Notes under the pieces: generated by a model
What the model was told of the DNA's origin: nothing
Database searches by the model: none
The model's input: the letters and a program-made list of their open reading frames with translations, nothing else
Translations under genes and position numbers: made by a program
NCBI GenBank assembly: GCA_964410385.1
Contig: CAYPHL010000002.1
Coordinates: 16,720 to 80,719 of the forward strand
Origin: an uncultured Rikenellaceae bacterium
GTDB taxonomy: Bacteria > Bacteroidota > Bacteroidia > Bacteroidales > VadinHA17
Length of the DNA stretch: 64,000 nt
Direction of reading: 5' to 3'
In this document: piece after piece, positions 18,759 through 28,465 of the stretch
Numbering within the stretch: position 1 is the stretch's first letter
Layout of the letters: the number at the start of each line of letters is the position of its first letter

Positions 18759-19361
18759 TTACCAGTTCGAGTCGTACCACGACCGTACATCGGTAACAAT
18801 CATACCGGCATTGCGGGCAGCCTGGATACCAAGTTCTGCATCTTCGAAGACTTCAATGAACCGGGGTTCGACATTCATCAGCTCGGCACATTTAAGGAAG
18901 GTCTCCGGATCAGGTTTGAATGCATTTACATCGTTCGCAGTTACAACAATGTCAAAGTAATGGCGCAGACCGGTGATCTCAAGTGTCCGTTCAACCGCTT
19001 CCCTGTGTCCGCCCGTACCTACCGCCATCGGCAGCTTAAGATGGTATTTCTTTACTATATCAGTTACCGGAGTAATGGGTTTTACAAGATGCTGAAGCCT
19101 GAAAAACTCTTTGAGCTTCTCACTCATTATCTCTTCAATAGTAACACTTCCGTTGAGTCCGCAGTCCGTGATTATTTCTTTGGCAATTATCCATCCGGGA
19201 CTGCCTGTATGCTTCCTCAGAAAACTGGTATCTATATGTGCACCAAACTTTTCACAGGCTTTCTTCCATCCCTGAAAATGATACGGCATTGTATCTGCAA
19301 GTGTACCGTCCAGATCAAATATAAGCCCCTTTACTCCTTGTTGAATATCGTATAACATCAT
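18759..19361 (-). CDS. HAD-superfamily hydrolase (beta-phosphoglucomutase-like subfamily IA)
   Basis: Motif I GLIFDLDGTLADT, with later motifs (VGTGG; FEDAELGIQAARNAGM). Confidence 0.85.
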   Translation of the reverse strand: MMLYDIQQGVKGLIFDLDGTLADTMPYHFQGWKKACEKFGAHIDTSFLRKHTGSPGWIIAKEIITDCGLNGSVTIEEIMSEKLKEFFRLQHLVKPITPVTDIVKKYHLKLPMAVGTGGHREAVERTLEITGLRHYFDIVVTANDVNAFKPDPETFLKCAELMNVEPRFIEVFEDAELGIQAARNAGMIVTDVRSWYDSNW

Positions 19362-19421
19362 TTCAAAACAAGGCGCAAAAATAATAAATTAATATTAAAT
19401 ATCTGAAAGATTGGTTTATAC

Positions 19422-20039
19422 TTATCCTGAACCGGAACTGTCAGTATCATCCCTGAAAAAACCTTCCAGTTCCACATTCCCCTTATTGATATCGATCTTC
19501 CTGATAATGACTTTTTCAATCTTTTGTCCGGTTTCTGCAGAAAGCTCCCTTAATAATTCCTTCCTCATATCCGGAGCGAGAAGCTCAGGCTTTCCAAAAA
19601 CAATATTAACCTGTGTAAGAGCATCCTTCCTGAGGAACAATTCAAGCAGATATGCGGAAATAATTATTATCGAATTGACAACTATGGCACCAACAACTGG
19701 TGGAGGGACATTTGCCTGAGAGTTTATTATTGAAACTCCTATTACAACAAATATATATGTCATATCCTTGGCAGTGAAATTCACAGTACGGAACCGAAGT
19801 ATAGCAAAGATGGCAAACAAGCCGAGAGCCATTCCGAGCTGAATATTAACTGTCTGAAGCAATGAACATAGCAGAAAGATTATTATTCCCATGAGTGAAA
19901 AAGAGAAAACATATTCCTTCTTCCCTGTAAAACGGTAATAAATTACTCCTACAAGTATGAAGATGACAAAAAGGTTTACTGCAAACCGTATCATTATACT
20001 GAAAAGAGTATGTTCCAGTGCAAGTGTTGAAAGCGACAT
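19422..20039 (-). CDS. DUF4956-like integral membrane protein
   Basis: Four or five hydrophobic helices followed by a charged C-terminal domain. Overall resemblance to the DUF4956 family; recognition-based only. Confidence 0.55.
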   Translation of the reverse strand: MSLSTLALEHTLFSIMIRFAVNLFVIFILVGVIYYRFTGKKEYVFSFSLMGIIIFLLCSLLQTVNIQLGMALGLFAIFAILRFRTVNFTAKDMTYIFVVIGVSIINSQANVPPPVVGAIVVNSIIIISAYLLELFLRKDALTQVNIVFGKPELLAPDMRKELLRELSAETGQKIEKVIIRKIDINKGNVELEGFFRDDTDSSGSG

Positions 20040-20058
20040 ATAAGTTCAGTTAACCGGG

Positions 20059-21126
20059 TTAAAATTCGAGACAATCTTTAAGTAGCTGAAAAACAATAGA
20101 ATTACGTTTATCAAAACCTTTGTAGAAGCCCTCAAGGTAATTGATCATTTCTTTTTTATTTTTTGCATCAAGATACTCGAATTCATTGATCACTTTATAG
20201 ATTTCCTCTTTTTTATCACGGAATTCTGCCAGTGCTTCAAGGAATTCCGATTCTGACCTGCATACACCGAGGTATTTTCGTTCCCTCACCGACTCAAGCC
20301 CCAGACCTTCAAAAGGAATTGCATAATCAGTATTTACCAGTCCTGAATAATCAAAATCATACGGGATAATGATGCCTGATTCCAGACCTCCGTATTGTCC
20401 CTGGGCTATAGTAAGTGTATTATGCCTTATCGGAACTGACCAGTCGGTATTTCCGATCATGTAATTGAAAATGGCCATCCTGTCCATTACCTGTCTTCTA
20501 ATATGCTTCTGTGTAACATGAGCGGAATCGATCTCTTTACTGTTTGTACGTTTTTCAAGGGATTTGACGGGTTCAATAAGGAAAGCAAACTCCCTTATCG
20601 GTTTACTCTCTTTGAAAGTATTAATATAATTGACCCTTACAAGTCTGACCCTGAAACTGTATTCTGTAAGGACATTGTAAATTTTGTATACCAGGAATTC
20701 CTTAAGAAGATAATCTTCACCCCCCGCGCTGCAGTGGGTTACCATTTTTATTTTGTCAATTTTACTGAACTCACCGCCAACAGAATCCTGTTTTTTGAAG
20801 TTGAGCATAATAGGAGGGAAGTCGCAGATTGACAGCCGTGATATTCCCCTTGGCCTTAACTTCAGGGTTTTCACAATTGAATCCGAAGGGCTTGTATGAT
20901 AAATAAGGGTTGCATCAAAATACTGGCTTTCATCCTTTTTTCTCCTGTAATGGGTTATGTCGAACCTGAGGGATATTTCCATAAGATCATCCCTGTCGAA
21001 GAGTATTATGTCATCCCTCACAGTATCTGATACTGCATATTTCATGTTAAGGGAATCCAGCTGGCCGAATGATGTAATTGTGCTGATCACTGACAGCAGG
21101 ATGGAGAGGAGTATTGCTTTTTTCAT
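20059..21126 (-). CDS. secreted hypothetical protein
   Basis: N-terminal signal peptide, 355 aa, conserved-looking NYMIGNTDWS...HN segment. 19 nt upstream of the DUF4956 gene on the same strand. Confidence 0.55.
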   Translation of the reverse strand: MKKAILLSILLSVISTITSFGQLDSLNMKYAVSDTVRDDIILFDRDDLMEISLRFDITHYRRKKDESQYFDATLIYHTSPSDSIVKTLKLRPRGISRLSICDFPPIMLNFKKQDSVGGEFSKIDKIKMVTHCSAGGEDYLLKEFLVYKIYNVLTEYSFRVRLVRVNYINTFKESKPIREFAFLIEPVKSLEKRTNSKEIDSAHVTQKHIRRQVMDRMAIFNYMIGNTDWSVPIRHNTLTIAQGQYGGLESGIIIPYDFDYSGLVNTDYAIPFEGLGLESVRERKYLGVCRSESEFLEALAEFRDKKEEIYKVINEFEYLDAKNKKEMINYLEGFYKGFDKRNSIVFQLLKDCLEF

Positions 21127-21218
21127 GCTAATGAGCTGTATTAAATGTTGCTGACCTGAATTTCACGACCGAATTTACTATAAAACAGCGACAAAAAAAA
21201 GTATTTCACAACAAATAA

Positions 21219-21245
21219 GAAAGGCCGCTGATGAGGCGGCCTTTC
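21219..21245 (-). terminator. terminator hairpin downstream of tkt
   Basis: GAAAGGCCGC-7 nt-GCGGCCTTTC perfect 10-bp stem. On the minus strand it is followed by a T-rich stretch (ttatttgtt). Confidence 0.6.
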
Positions 21246-21262
21246 ACGAATGATCATAATGT

Positions 21263-23305
21263 TTACTTTTTATATTGAGCCAGGTAATCCTTAACCTGGC
21301 GGTAAACATTCTCTCCTGTAAATCCGAGCTTTTCGTCCAGCACTTTATAAGGTGCGGAATATCCGAATGTATTCACGCCCCAAATTTTACCTCCGGCACC
21401 AACCAGACCCTGAAGTGTGACTGATAATCCTGCTGTAAGCCCGAAGACCGGAATGTCATCCGGTATTACCGATTTTCTGTAATCATCATTCTGTCTCCTG
21501 AATAATCCTTCAGACGGAGCGGAAATGATCCTTACCCTGAGTCCGTCATTTTTCAAAAGAGCGGCTCCATCTGTAAGTGTTGATACTTCTGATCCGCTCG
21601 CAACCAGAATAATATCGGGTTTTCCCTCGCAGTCGGAAACAATATATGCTCCGGAAACTGATTTCAGTGCATCATTATATCTGTCCCCCGATTGTGAAGG
21701 AAGATCTTTTATATTTTGTCGCGATAGAATGAGTGCTGTAGGAGTAGTTTTATTTTCAAGAGCCAGCTTCCAGGAAACTGTAGTTTCTGTTGCATCGGCA
21801 GGTCGTAATACAAGCATGCTGTTCTCCCCATGATGGTTTTTAAGGTGTTCCATGAGCCTTATCTGTGCTTCCTGCTCTACAGGCTGATGCGTCGGGCCGT
21901 CTTCACCTACACGGAATGCATCATGTGTCCAGATATATCGTACAGGCAGTCCCATCAGACAAGCAAGACGGACAGCCGGTTTCATGTAGTCGGAAAAGAC
22001 AAAGAATGTGCCGCATGCAGGGATAATACCTCCGTGAAGAGCCATTCCGTTCATAACTGCAGCCATTGTAAGCTCTGAAACCCCTGCCTGAAGAAATGCT
22101 CCGGAAAAATCACCCTTTGTAAACGGTTTTGTATTCTTAAGGAATCCGTCTGTTTTGTCGGAGTTTGAAAGATCGGCTGAAGCAACGATCATATTTTCGA
22201 CTTTCTTTGCCAGGAATCCAAGCACGGCAGCTGATGCAGCTCTGGTAGCTGATCCCTCCTTCTGCTGGATAGCCCGGAAATCTATTTCAGGAATATTGCC
22301 TGAAAAGAACATATGTAGCTTTTTGTCAGATTCACTGTTTCTGGCTGCCCATTCAGCTTTTTTCTTTTTCCATTCTGAAGCAGCTTTGCGCTTTCCTTCA
22401 AGAACTTTATCGTAATGTTCTCTTACGCCGGGGAATACTCTGAACGGATCTGACAGATCGCCTCCGAGATTTACAAGTGATTTTTCAAAGGAACCTCCTG
22501 CTTCACTGACAGGCATCCCATGAGTGGATGTTTTCCTTTCAAAACTATTGCCCTCATTATCGACAAGTCCTTTACCCATTACAGTCTTTCCAATAATAAT
22601 TACAGGCTTGTCCTTCGATTTTACAGCCTCACCAAGAGCCTTTCTGATCTGGTTCTGGTCATTACCGTCAATAGTAATTACTTCCCAGCCCCATGATGAA
22701 TACTTCTTTGCCGTATCTTCCGATGTTACAGATTTTGTTTCAGTTGAAAGCTGAATATCATTTGAATCATAAAACATTATCAGATTGCTGAGCCCAAGAT
22801 GACCTGCAAGCCTTCCGGCTCCCTGGGATATTTCTTCCTGGACACCTCCGTCGGAAATGAATGCAAATGTCTTATGTGAAAAAAGATCACCGAACCTTGC
22901 AACCAGGAATCTTTCAGCTATTGCAGCGCCCACTGCCATCGTGTGTCCCTGCCCCAGGGGACCTGATGTATTCTCCACACCTCTCATAATATCGAGTTCG
23001 GGATGCCCCGGGGTGGGACTTCCCCACTGACGGAACTGCTTAAGCTCTTCAGCATTGAAATGGCCCGTGAGGGTAAGAACAGAATAGAGCATCGGAGACA
23101 TATGTCCTGGATCAAGGAAAAACCTGTCGCGGTTTATCCATGAAGGATCACCGGGATCAAAACTCAGGAATTCAGAGAACAGGACATGAATGAAATCCGC
23201 TCCTCCCATGGCACCTCCGGGATGCCCCGATCTGGCCTTCTCTACCATAGCCATTGAAAGGATCCTGATATTGTCGGCTGCTAGTTTATTGATATCAATG
23301 TTCAT
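21263..23305 (-). CDS. tkt: transketolase
   Basis: 680 aa. ThDP motifs (SGHPGGAMG, GPLGQG, ISDGGVQEEIS...) and the C-terminal transketolase domain. Confidence 0.95.
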   Translation of the reverse strand: MNIDINKLAADNIRILSMAMVEKARSGHPGGAMGGADFIHVLFSEFLSFDPGDPSWINRDRFFLDPGHMSPMLYSVLTLTGHFNAEELKQFRQWGSPTPGHPELDIMRGVENTSGPLGQGHTMAVGAAIAERFLVARFGDLFSHKTFAFISDGGVQEEISQGAGRLAGHLGLSNLIMFYDSNDIQLSTETKSVTSEDTAKKYSSWGWEVITIDGNDQNQIRKALGEAVKSKDKPVIIIGKTVMGKGLVDNEGNSFERKTSTHGMPVSEAGGSFEKSLVNLGGDLSDPFRVFPGVREHYDKVLEGKRKAASEWKKKKAEWAARNSESDKKLHMFFSGNIPEIDFRAIQQKEGSATRAASAAVLGFLAKKVENMIVASADLSNSDKTDGFLKNTKPFTKGDFSGAFLQAGVSELTMAAVMNGMALHGGIIPACGTFFVFSDYMKPAVRLACLMGLPVRYIWTHDAFRVGEDGPTHQPVEQEAQIRLMEHLKNHHGENSMLVLRPADATETTVSWKLALENKTTPTALILSRQNIKDLPSQSGDRYNDALKSVSGAYIVSDCEGKPDIILVASGSEVSTLTDGAALLKNDGLRVRIISAPSEGLFRRQNDDYRKSVIPDDIPVFGLTAGLSVTLQGLVGAGGKIWGVNTFGYSAPYKVLDEKLGFTGENVYRQVKDYLAQYKK

Positions 23306-23429
23306 AACAAGGATTTTACCATTATTAGTTTAATGGCGGTAAAAATAGGATTTTATGTTTACAGAAAAAAATGAAAAATACCTGCAAACTTGTAATAGTA
23401 CTGGTCTATTGGTATTCCATGGAATGACC

Positions 23430-23849
23430 CTACAGATATTTTCTGTCCTCGTCGGGAACCTCGAAATACTTGTCGTATACTTTTACGTCAGGTCCTGTGC
23501 TGGCTTCAATCTTGTTACCCCGGATCTTGTAAGTGCACTTTTCACCCCCGATCCCTGAAAAGTAAATATTGAATTCCTTGCCTTCCTCATCCTTCATCAG
23601 AATCCTGACAAGGTGAAGATACTTCATGCTGTTCAGCTGTGCTCCGCAGATAGGACAGGTGTAAATGTATTCCTCTCCCTCATTTATCGGGAATGTCGGG
23701 TGGGTGGTATGAGTATAGTTCCCGATCTCGGGATTCAGATAAACCAATCCCTTCTGTGAACGATCAGCAAGGTTGGTAGCAGTAAGGATAATAGAGGTCT
23801 TTACATTGAGATGACCTCTGCAAACTTTACAAAGATATTCTACAGCCAT
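23430..23849 (-). CDS. small zinc-ribbon protein, last gene of the hydrogenase operon
   Basis: CKVCRGH ... CPICGAQ pairs, 139 aa. Its start is 3 nt after the stop of the maturation protease gene. Confidence 0.5.
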   Translation of the reverse strand: MAVEYLCKVCRGHLNVKTSIILTATNLADRSQKGLVYLNPEIGNYTHTTHPTFPINEGEEYIYTCPICGAQLNSMKYLHLVRILMKDEEGKEFNIYFSGIGGEKCTYKIRGNKIEASTGPDVKVYDKYFEVPDEDRKYL

Positions 23850-23852
23850 TTT

Positions 23853-24308
23853 TTAATCCTCCTGTCTGTTTATTCGGTTAATAATTTTATCTGCAATTTC
23901 CTTTACAATATACGAAATATTTTCTCCGAAATGAATATTTTCCGGTTGAATTGCGAGAGTATAAACCGGCATATTAAAAAAATCCGTCAGTCTTCTGAGC
24001 GAAATGTTATGGGTATTAAATGTTAAGTCCTGTATGTGATTAGTATCCAGTATTCTGATACTTCCCGGAGGAAGGTTCATGTCCGCACAGTCAATCAACA
24101 CAAGAATATCTGGGCCCAGCGAGTTTATTTTTCCGATATAGTTCTCTATTCCAGTTTCAACAGTAAGGGCAAGTATGTTGTCATTACTGATTATCCTGTT
24201 GCTTATATATACTCCGGCTCCGTCATCGCTTTTCAGGACATTCCCTATACCTGCAAAAAGTATCTTTCCTTGTTTATTTTCCAGGATCTTATCGAGCTCT
24301 TTAAACAC
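23853..24308 (-). CDS. [NiFe]-hydrogenase maturation endopeptidase (HycI/HyaD family)
   Basis: ILFAGIGNVLKSDDGAGVYI N-terminal signature and a later DCADM/H region. Overlaps the upstream gene by 8 nt. Confidence 0.8.
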   Translation of the reverse strand: MFKELDKILENKQGKILFAGIGNVLKSDDGAGVYISNRIISNDNILALTVETGIENYIGKINSLGPDILVLIDCADMNLPPGSIRILDTNHIQDLTFNTHNISLRRLTDFFNMPVYTLAIQPENIHFGENISYIVKEIADKIINRINRQED

Positions 24309-24921
24309 CTTTATATAAATATTTTACAAGGACCTGACGCAGGCAGTTGGGACAAATTATATTGAACATGTCTTTTCTTTTAAGTCCGTCCTTTATTTCC
24401 ACATCAACATCCTGTCCTTCGGCAAGCTTCAGGTTTCGGTTCAGCATATTGAGATTAAGGATTGATGAAAACGCTTTGGGGCCAAGCTTCCTGTGCATGA
24501 AATGAAGATGATCTGCCGTTGTGATGACAGCTCCGCAGTTTTCACAGACAAGCAACTCTTTTTCCTGGTATTCAATTATCGTCTTCCTGTCGAATGCAGC
24601 TATGTCAAATATCTTGTCTGATAAAGCAACTCCCTTACCTGTAATGCAGTGCTCCTGGCACATCCCACAGAAGATACATTTCCCGTAATCGCGGGTGATG
24701 GTCCTGATCTTTTTTATTTTATCATCCTTAAAAGTAATTGCATGGGGAGGGCAAACATTGGCACAGGTTTCGCAACCGACACAGTTCCTGTCATCGACAA
24801 CAGGTTTTCCGCGAAATCTCTCAAACGGAACATGAGGCTCGGCCGGAAATTTTGAAGTGTATGCCGGAGTTACCAGAGAGATTACGGCTTCTTTTAATTC
24901 TCTGAGCTTTGGATATTTCAT
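24301..24921 (-). CDS. NuoI/HycF/MbhN-like 2x[4Fe-4S] subunit with a C-terminal Cys-pair extension
   Basis: CVGCETCANVCP and CIFCGMCQEHC, then an additional CENCG ... CPNC about 70 residues apart. Confidence 0.75.
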   Translation of the reverse strand: MKYPKLRELKEAVISLVTPAYTSKFPAEPHVPFERFRGKPVVDDRNCVGCETCANVCPPHAITFKDDKIKKIRTITRDYGKCIFCGMCQEHCITGKGVALSDKIFDIAAFDRKTIIEYQEKELLVCENCGAVITTADHLHFMHRKLGPKAFSSILNLNMLNRNLKLAEGQDVDVEIKDGLKRKDMFNIICPNCLRQVLVKYLYKGV

Positions 24922-25235
24922 TTTACCACCTCCTTATAATCATCCTTCACTGTCTTGTCAGATAACCTGGTCCCGAATTGATATGAACCTCTGATAAGGG
25001 CATGAGCGGCCACTGTTGAGCTGAAAAACAGGATCGGTATGGCGATCAGCGCTTTGGCACCTGCATCACTTACCCCGAAATGGAATATCACCCCGGTGAG
25101 CATACTGCAGCAGCCAAGTGTGACGCATTTGGTGGCCGATTGCAGCCTGTTATAGACATCCGGCAGACGGATCAGCCCTATGCATCCGAAAGCATTGAAC
25201 AAAACACCTGTACAAATAAATATTATTGCAGCCAT
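24918..25235 (-). CDS. Mrp/Mnh antiporter subunit G-like
   Basis: 105 aa, three hydrophobic helices, in the position and order of mrpG. 4-nt overlap with the downstream gene. Confidence 0.65.
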   Translation of the reverse strand: MAAIIFICTGVLFNAFGCIGLIRLPDVYNRLQSATKCVTLGCCSMLTGVIFHFGVSDAGAKALIAIPILFFSSTVAAHALIRGSYQFGTRLSDKTVKDDYKEVVK

Positions 25236-25236
25236 A

Positions 25237-25503
25237 TTACTCGTTTAATTTTTTCCCGCTCAGATATTTTGCCAGTGTCAGGGTTCCCGTGAAACTTAAA
25301 ATTATCCAGGCAATACCGATGTCAAGGATGAAGGATCTTTCGGTCTGGATTGAGATTATTGCACAGATGCCGACAACCAGTATGCCAAAGATATCAATCC
25401 CTACCATCCTGTCAGGAATTGTGGGTCCCCTGATGATCCTGTAAAGACAGACCGCACTCAGACCGATCTGGATATAGAGCAGTATGTTAAGTAATCCATT
25501 CAT
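25237..25503 (-). CDS. Mrp/Mnh antiporter subunit F-like
   Basis: 88 aa with three helices, including RIIRGPTIPDRMVGID, typical of MnhF. Confidence 0.7.
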   Translation of the reverse strand: MNGLLNILLYIQIGLSAVCLYRIIRGPTIPDRMVGIDIFGILVVGICAIISIQTERSFILDIGIAWIILSFTGTLTLAKYLSGKKLNE

Positions 25504-25985
25504 TCTGCAAATCTTTTAATGTATTTTTCAAAATTCCCGGTGATTTTCTTGGTATAAACCTCAGGATCATCGGAACTTACATAAATCCAGTGGATATAGA
25601 AATCATTCTCAATAATATCGACTGTGATTGTCCCCGGAGTCATTGTTATGGAATTGGCCAGTATGGTTTTTGCAAATTCCGATCTGAGAGATGTTCTCAC
25701 TTTTACTATACCGGGTTTAATCGGCATTGCGGGATGAAGAACCCTGTAAGCTACATCGAAATTAGCTTTTATGCATGCCCACAGGAAAACGATAAGATAG
25801 ATCAGAAACCAGAACCACCGGGCAGGCTGAAGATACTTATAGACATTACTGAAATAATATCTGGCGAAAATTGCGGAGGTAAGTGCGGAAGCCACCGAAC
25901 CGGTTATGATATTGGGGACAGTGATCCTGAAGGTCAGCAGTAACCAGAATATCAGTGATAATATGAATACGGCTATATATCTCAT
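25500..25985 (-). CDS. Mrp/Mnh antiporter subunit E-like
   Basis: 161 aa. N-terminal helices plus the MnhE-like segment ANSITMTPGTITVD. Confidence 0.7.
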   Translation of the reverse strand: MRYIAVFILSLIFWLLLTFRITVPNIITGSVASALTSAIFARYYFSNVYKYLQPARWFWFLIYLIVFLWACIKANFDVAYRVLHPAMPIKPGIVKVRTSLRSEFAKTILANSITMTPGTITVDIIENDFYIHWIYVSSDDPEVYTKKITGNFEKYIKRFAE

Positions 25986-27520
25986 ATGCCAGTTATTTGA
26001 GATGGATATTTTGATGGATCCATAAGTATATCCGTTGCCGGTGTAAGAATTGTTTCTCTTATGCCGGGCAATACCAGCAGACTGAGAAGCAGGCAGATAA
26101 TGCTTAATATTATCATGCTGAACACCATAGGGAAAGGTACTTCCCTGATTTTTCCTGTATTCAGGTCTTCAGATTTATTAAAGAATGCATAGCGTTGAAA
26201 TTTAAGAAATGACGCCAGCGTAATGATGCTTACTATCACGGCAAGTACTGCAAGAAGGTAATATCTTGCCATCACAGCTGCAACGATTATTATGAGCTTA
26301 CTGAAGAATCCGTTAAAGGGTGGTATACCGGAAATTGCCATTGATGCGGTAAAGGATGTGGCAGCAGTGGCCGGCATCTGCCTGGCCAGACCACCCATCT
26401 CATGAAGATCCCGAGTCCCGGCAGCATATTCTATTGCCCCGGCATTGAGGAAAAGCAGCCCTTTAAATGCTGCATGGTTTATAAGGTGAAATATTCCGCC
26501 TGCTATCGCAAGTGAGGCAATTTCATTTCTCATTCCCTTTGAAATCATCATCATCCCGATCCCGACAGAAAGGACAACATATCCCATCTGGCTGATGCTG
26601 TGGTATGCAAGCAGCCGTTTGATATCCCATTGCCCTATGGCCAGGAAGACACCGATCAGCATTGACAATGCACCAAGTGATGTGATTAGTACCGACATGG
26701 CCTGACTGATGGCGAACATGTTAAAAAACAACCTGATAATCACATATATCCCGACAGCTTTGATCAGAACCCCCGAAAGCATCGCAGAAATAGGGGAAGG
26801 CGCCGATGAATGCGCATCCGGAAGCCAGGCATGAAAAGGAATTATTGCTGCCTTAAGACCAAATCCTGCTAAAAGGATGATCTGAACAAAAAGATAGTAT
26901 GTCCTGTCATATCCTGTACTGAACACATTACGGATATCGGCAATGTTAAGGGTTTTAGCTTTCCAGTAGATGAATCCTATTCCGAAAAGTATCATAAAAG
27001 ATGCGATACCACCCAGAACCTGGTATTTAAAAGTCGCTTCAAGTTCATTCTTTTCAACCCCGAATGCAACAAGCGCATAAGATGAGATTGCCGATATCTC
27101 AAGAAAAACGAAAATGTTAAAGATATCTCCGCTTATTACTACTCCGTTCATTCCTGATATCATGAGGCAGAAAAGTGAGTAGAAATAATTTACGGAGGTA
27201 TACTTGTTCATGTAGGATATTGAATAAAAGACCGAAAGGAATCCGATAAGATTTATTATACATAAAACCAGGGTGTTGAATCCGTCGAGGACCATGTAAA
27301 TACCGACAGGGACACCGTTGACAGGCTCCCAGCCGCCTGCTTTATAAACAGTAACCTTTTCACCAGTAGAGAAGAGAAACCAGAAACTCATAAAAGCCAG
27401 GAAAAGGAGGATAACAGAGGCAAAATATTTGTCGAAATTTCTGATGAACCTGCTCAGTATCATTATCAGGAAAGCTCCGGCCAGGGGTATTATTACAAAT
27501 AAAGGGATCAGCGGATTCAT
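25982..27520 (-). CDS. MrpD/NuoM-N-like proton- or sodium-conducting antiporter subunit
   Basis: 512 aa polytopic protein of the complex I antiporter-like family (PFHAWLPDAHSSAP, LLAYHSISQMGY). Confidence 0.85.
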   Translation of the reverse strand: MNPLIPLFVIIPLAGAFLIMILSRFIRNFDKYFASVILLFLAFMSFWFLFSTGEKVTVYKAGGWEPVNGVPVGIYMVLDGFNTLVLCIINLIGFLSVFYSISYMNKYTSVNYFYSLFCLMISGMNGVVISGDIFNIFVFLEISAISSYALVAFGVEKNELEATFKYQVLGGIASFMILFGIGFIYWKAKTLNIADIRNVFSTGYDRTYYLFVQIILLAGFGLKAAIIPFHAWLPDAHSSAPSPISAMLSGVLIKAVGIYVIIRLFFNMFAISQAMSVLITSLGALSMLIGVFLAIGQWDIKRLLAYHSISQMGYVVLSVGIGMMMISKGMRNEIASLAIAGGIFHLINHAAFKGLLFLNAGAIEYAAGTRDLHEMGGLARQMPATAATSFTASMAISGIPPFNGFFSKLIIIVAAVMARYYLLAVLAVIVSIITLASFLKFQRYAFFNKSEDLNTGKIREVPFPMVFSMIILSIICLLLSLLVLPGIRETILTPATDILMDPSKYPSQITGI

Positions 27521-27523
27521 AAT

Positions 27524-27862
27524 CTATCCTTTGAGGTTTTTAATCTCTCTTATATCGAATGTTCCGTATTTTCTGAAGATCCTGATGATAACAGCCATTA
27601 TCATTGCCGTTGTCGCAAGACCGATCACAATTGCTGTCAGCACAAGCGCCTGCGGTAAGGGATCTACATAAATTTTTGCCGGATCGGCAGGATCAACAAT
27701 CGGCGCTGTTCCGCCTTCAATATATCCGATCAGCGCCAGGAAGAGGAAGGTACTGAATTCCATAACGGAAAGCGAAATGGCTATTTTCACAAGGTTTCTT
27801 CTTGTAATTACACCATAAAGGCCTGTAAGGAACAATCCAAAACACATCAGGTATGGTATCAT
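27524..27862 (-). CDS. MrpC/NuoK-like subunit
   Basis: 112 aa with three helices, in the position of mrpC. Confidence 0.7.
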   Translation of the reverse strand: MIPYLMCFGLFLTGLYGVITRRNLVKIAISLSVMEFSTFLFLALIGYIEGGTAPIVDPADPAKIYVDPLPQALVLTAIVIGLATTAMIMAVIIRIFRKYGTFDIREIKNLKG

Positions 27863-28296
27863 CCGGGCATCTCCTCCTTGAAAATTATTAGTGCAAGAAA
27901 AATAGTAAGTATGGATGCGGCAACTTCTATACCTACAAAAATATTGTACAGGGGAATGATCCCTGCGCTAATCAGTTCACCGGCTGTTCCTTTCGGTAAC
28001 CAGTTCAGGAAAAATATCTTTGTACCGAAAATTAATCCGGAACATGCCAGGAATGCCACAATGAGAATGGCAAGGTTCTCATAAAGTGTCGATCCCGATT
28101 CCTCCTTTGTCAGTTTCATGAAATCGCTTCCGAAGGCAAGAATGAGGAGGATAAATGATCCTGCAATTATTACTCCTCCTGCAAATCCACCTCCGGGTGT
28201 AAGGTGACCATGGACGATCACATAAATTCCATAAAGAAATACAAGCCCCGCAATCAGCTGCGTTGTTTTCTTTACTATTACTGTCATCCCTTTCAT
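27859..28296 (-). CDS. MrpB-like subunit
   Basis: HGHLTPGGGFAGG signature of the MnhB domain. Confidence 0.75.
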   Translation of the reverse strand: MKGMTVIVKKTTQLIAGLVFLYGIYVIVHGHLTPGGGFAGGVIIAGSFILLILAFGSDFMKLTKEESGSTLYENLAILIVAFLACSGLIFGTKIFFLNWLPKGTAGELISAGIIPLYNIFVGIEVAASILTIFLALIIFKEEMPG

Positions 28297-28319
28297 ACTC
28301 TAATAGATCAATCTTTAGT

Positions 28320-28449
28320 TACCGTCATTGCGAGGAGTCCCGCATAAGGCGGGACGACGAAGCAATCCTTCCCTATAACCCCAACTCCTCTCCCTGCTAC
28401 CGTCATTGCTTCGTCCCACCCGCGGCGAGACGACGAAGCAATCCGTTCC
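28320..28449. repeat. two tandem copies of a ~50-bp REP-like palindromic element inside the operon
   Basis: Both copies run TACCGTCATTGC...GACGACGAAGCAATCC. Copy 1 has the hairpin GTCCCGC-ataag-GCGGGAC (28337-28355). Copy 2 has the perfect 11-bp inverted repeat ATTGCTTCGTC (28405-28415) / GACGAAGCAAT (28432-28442). Confidence 0.85.
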
Positions 28450-28465
28450 GAATTACTCCAATGCC

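Noticed and set aside
18636-19355. 239-aa ORF antisense to the HAD hydrolase gene
   Set aside because: The opposite strand encodes a protein with clear HAD motifs (DLDGTLADT). The plus-strand ORF starts inside the 7-bp repeat array and has no recognisable motifs.
19422-21126. DUF4956 membrane protein plus upstream secreted 355-aa protein as a possible polyphosphate/VTC-CotH-type module
   Set aside because: No VTC/polyphosphate-polymerase or CotH kinase motifs could be recognised in the 355-aa protein, and the DUF4956 call is itself recognition-based. The evidence is insufficient.
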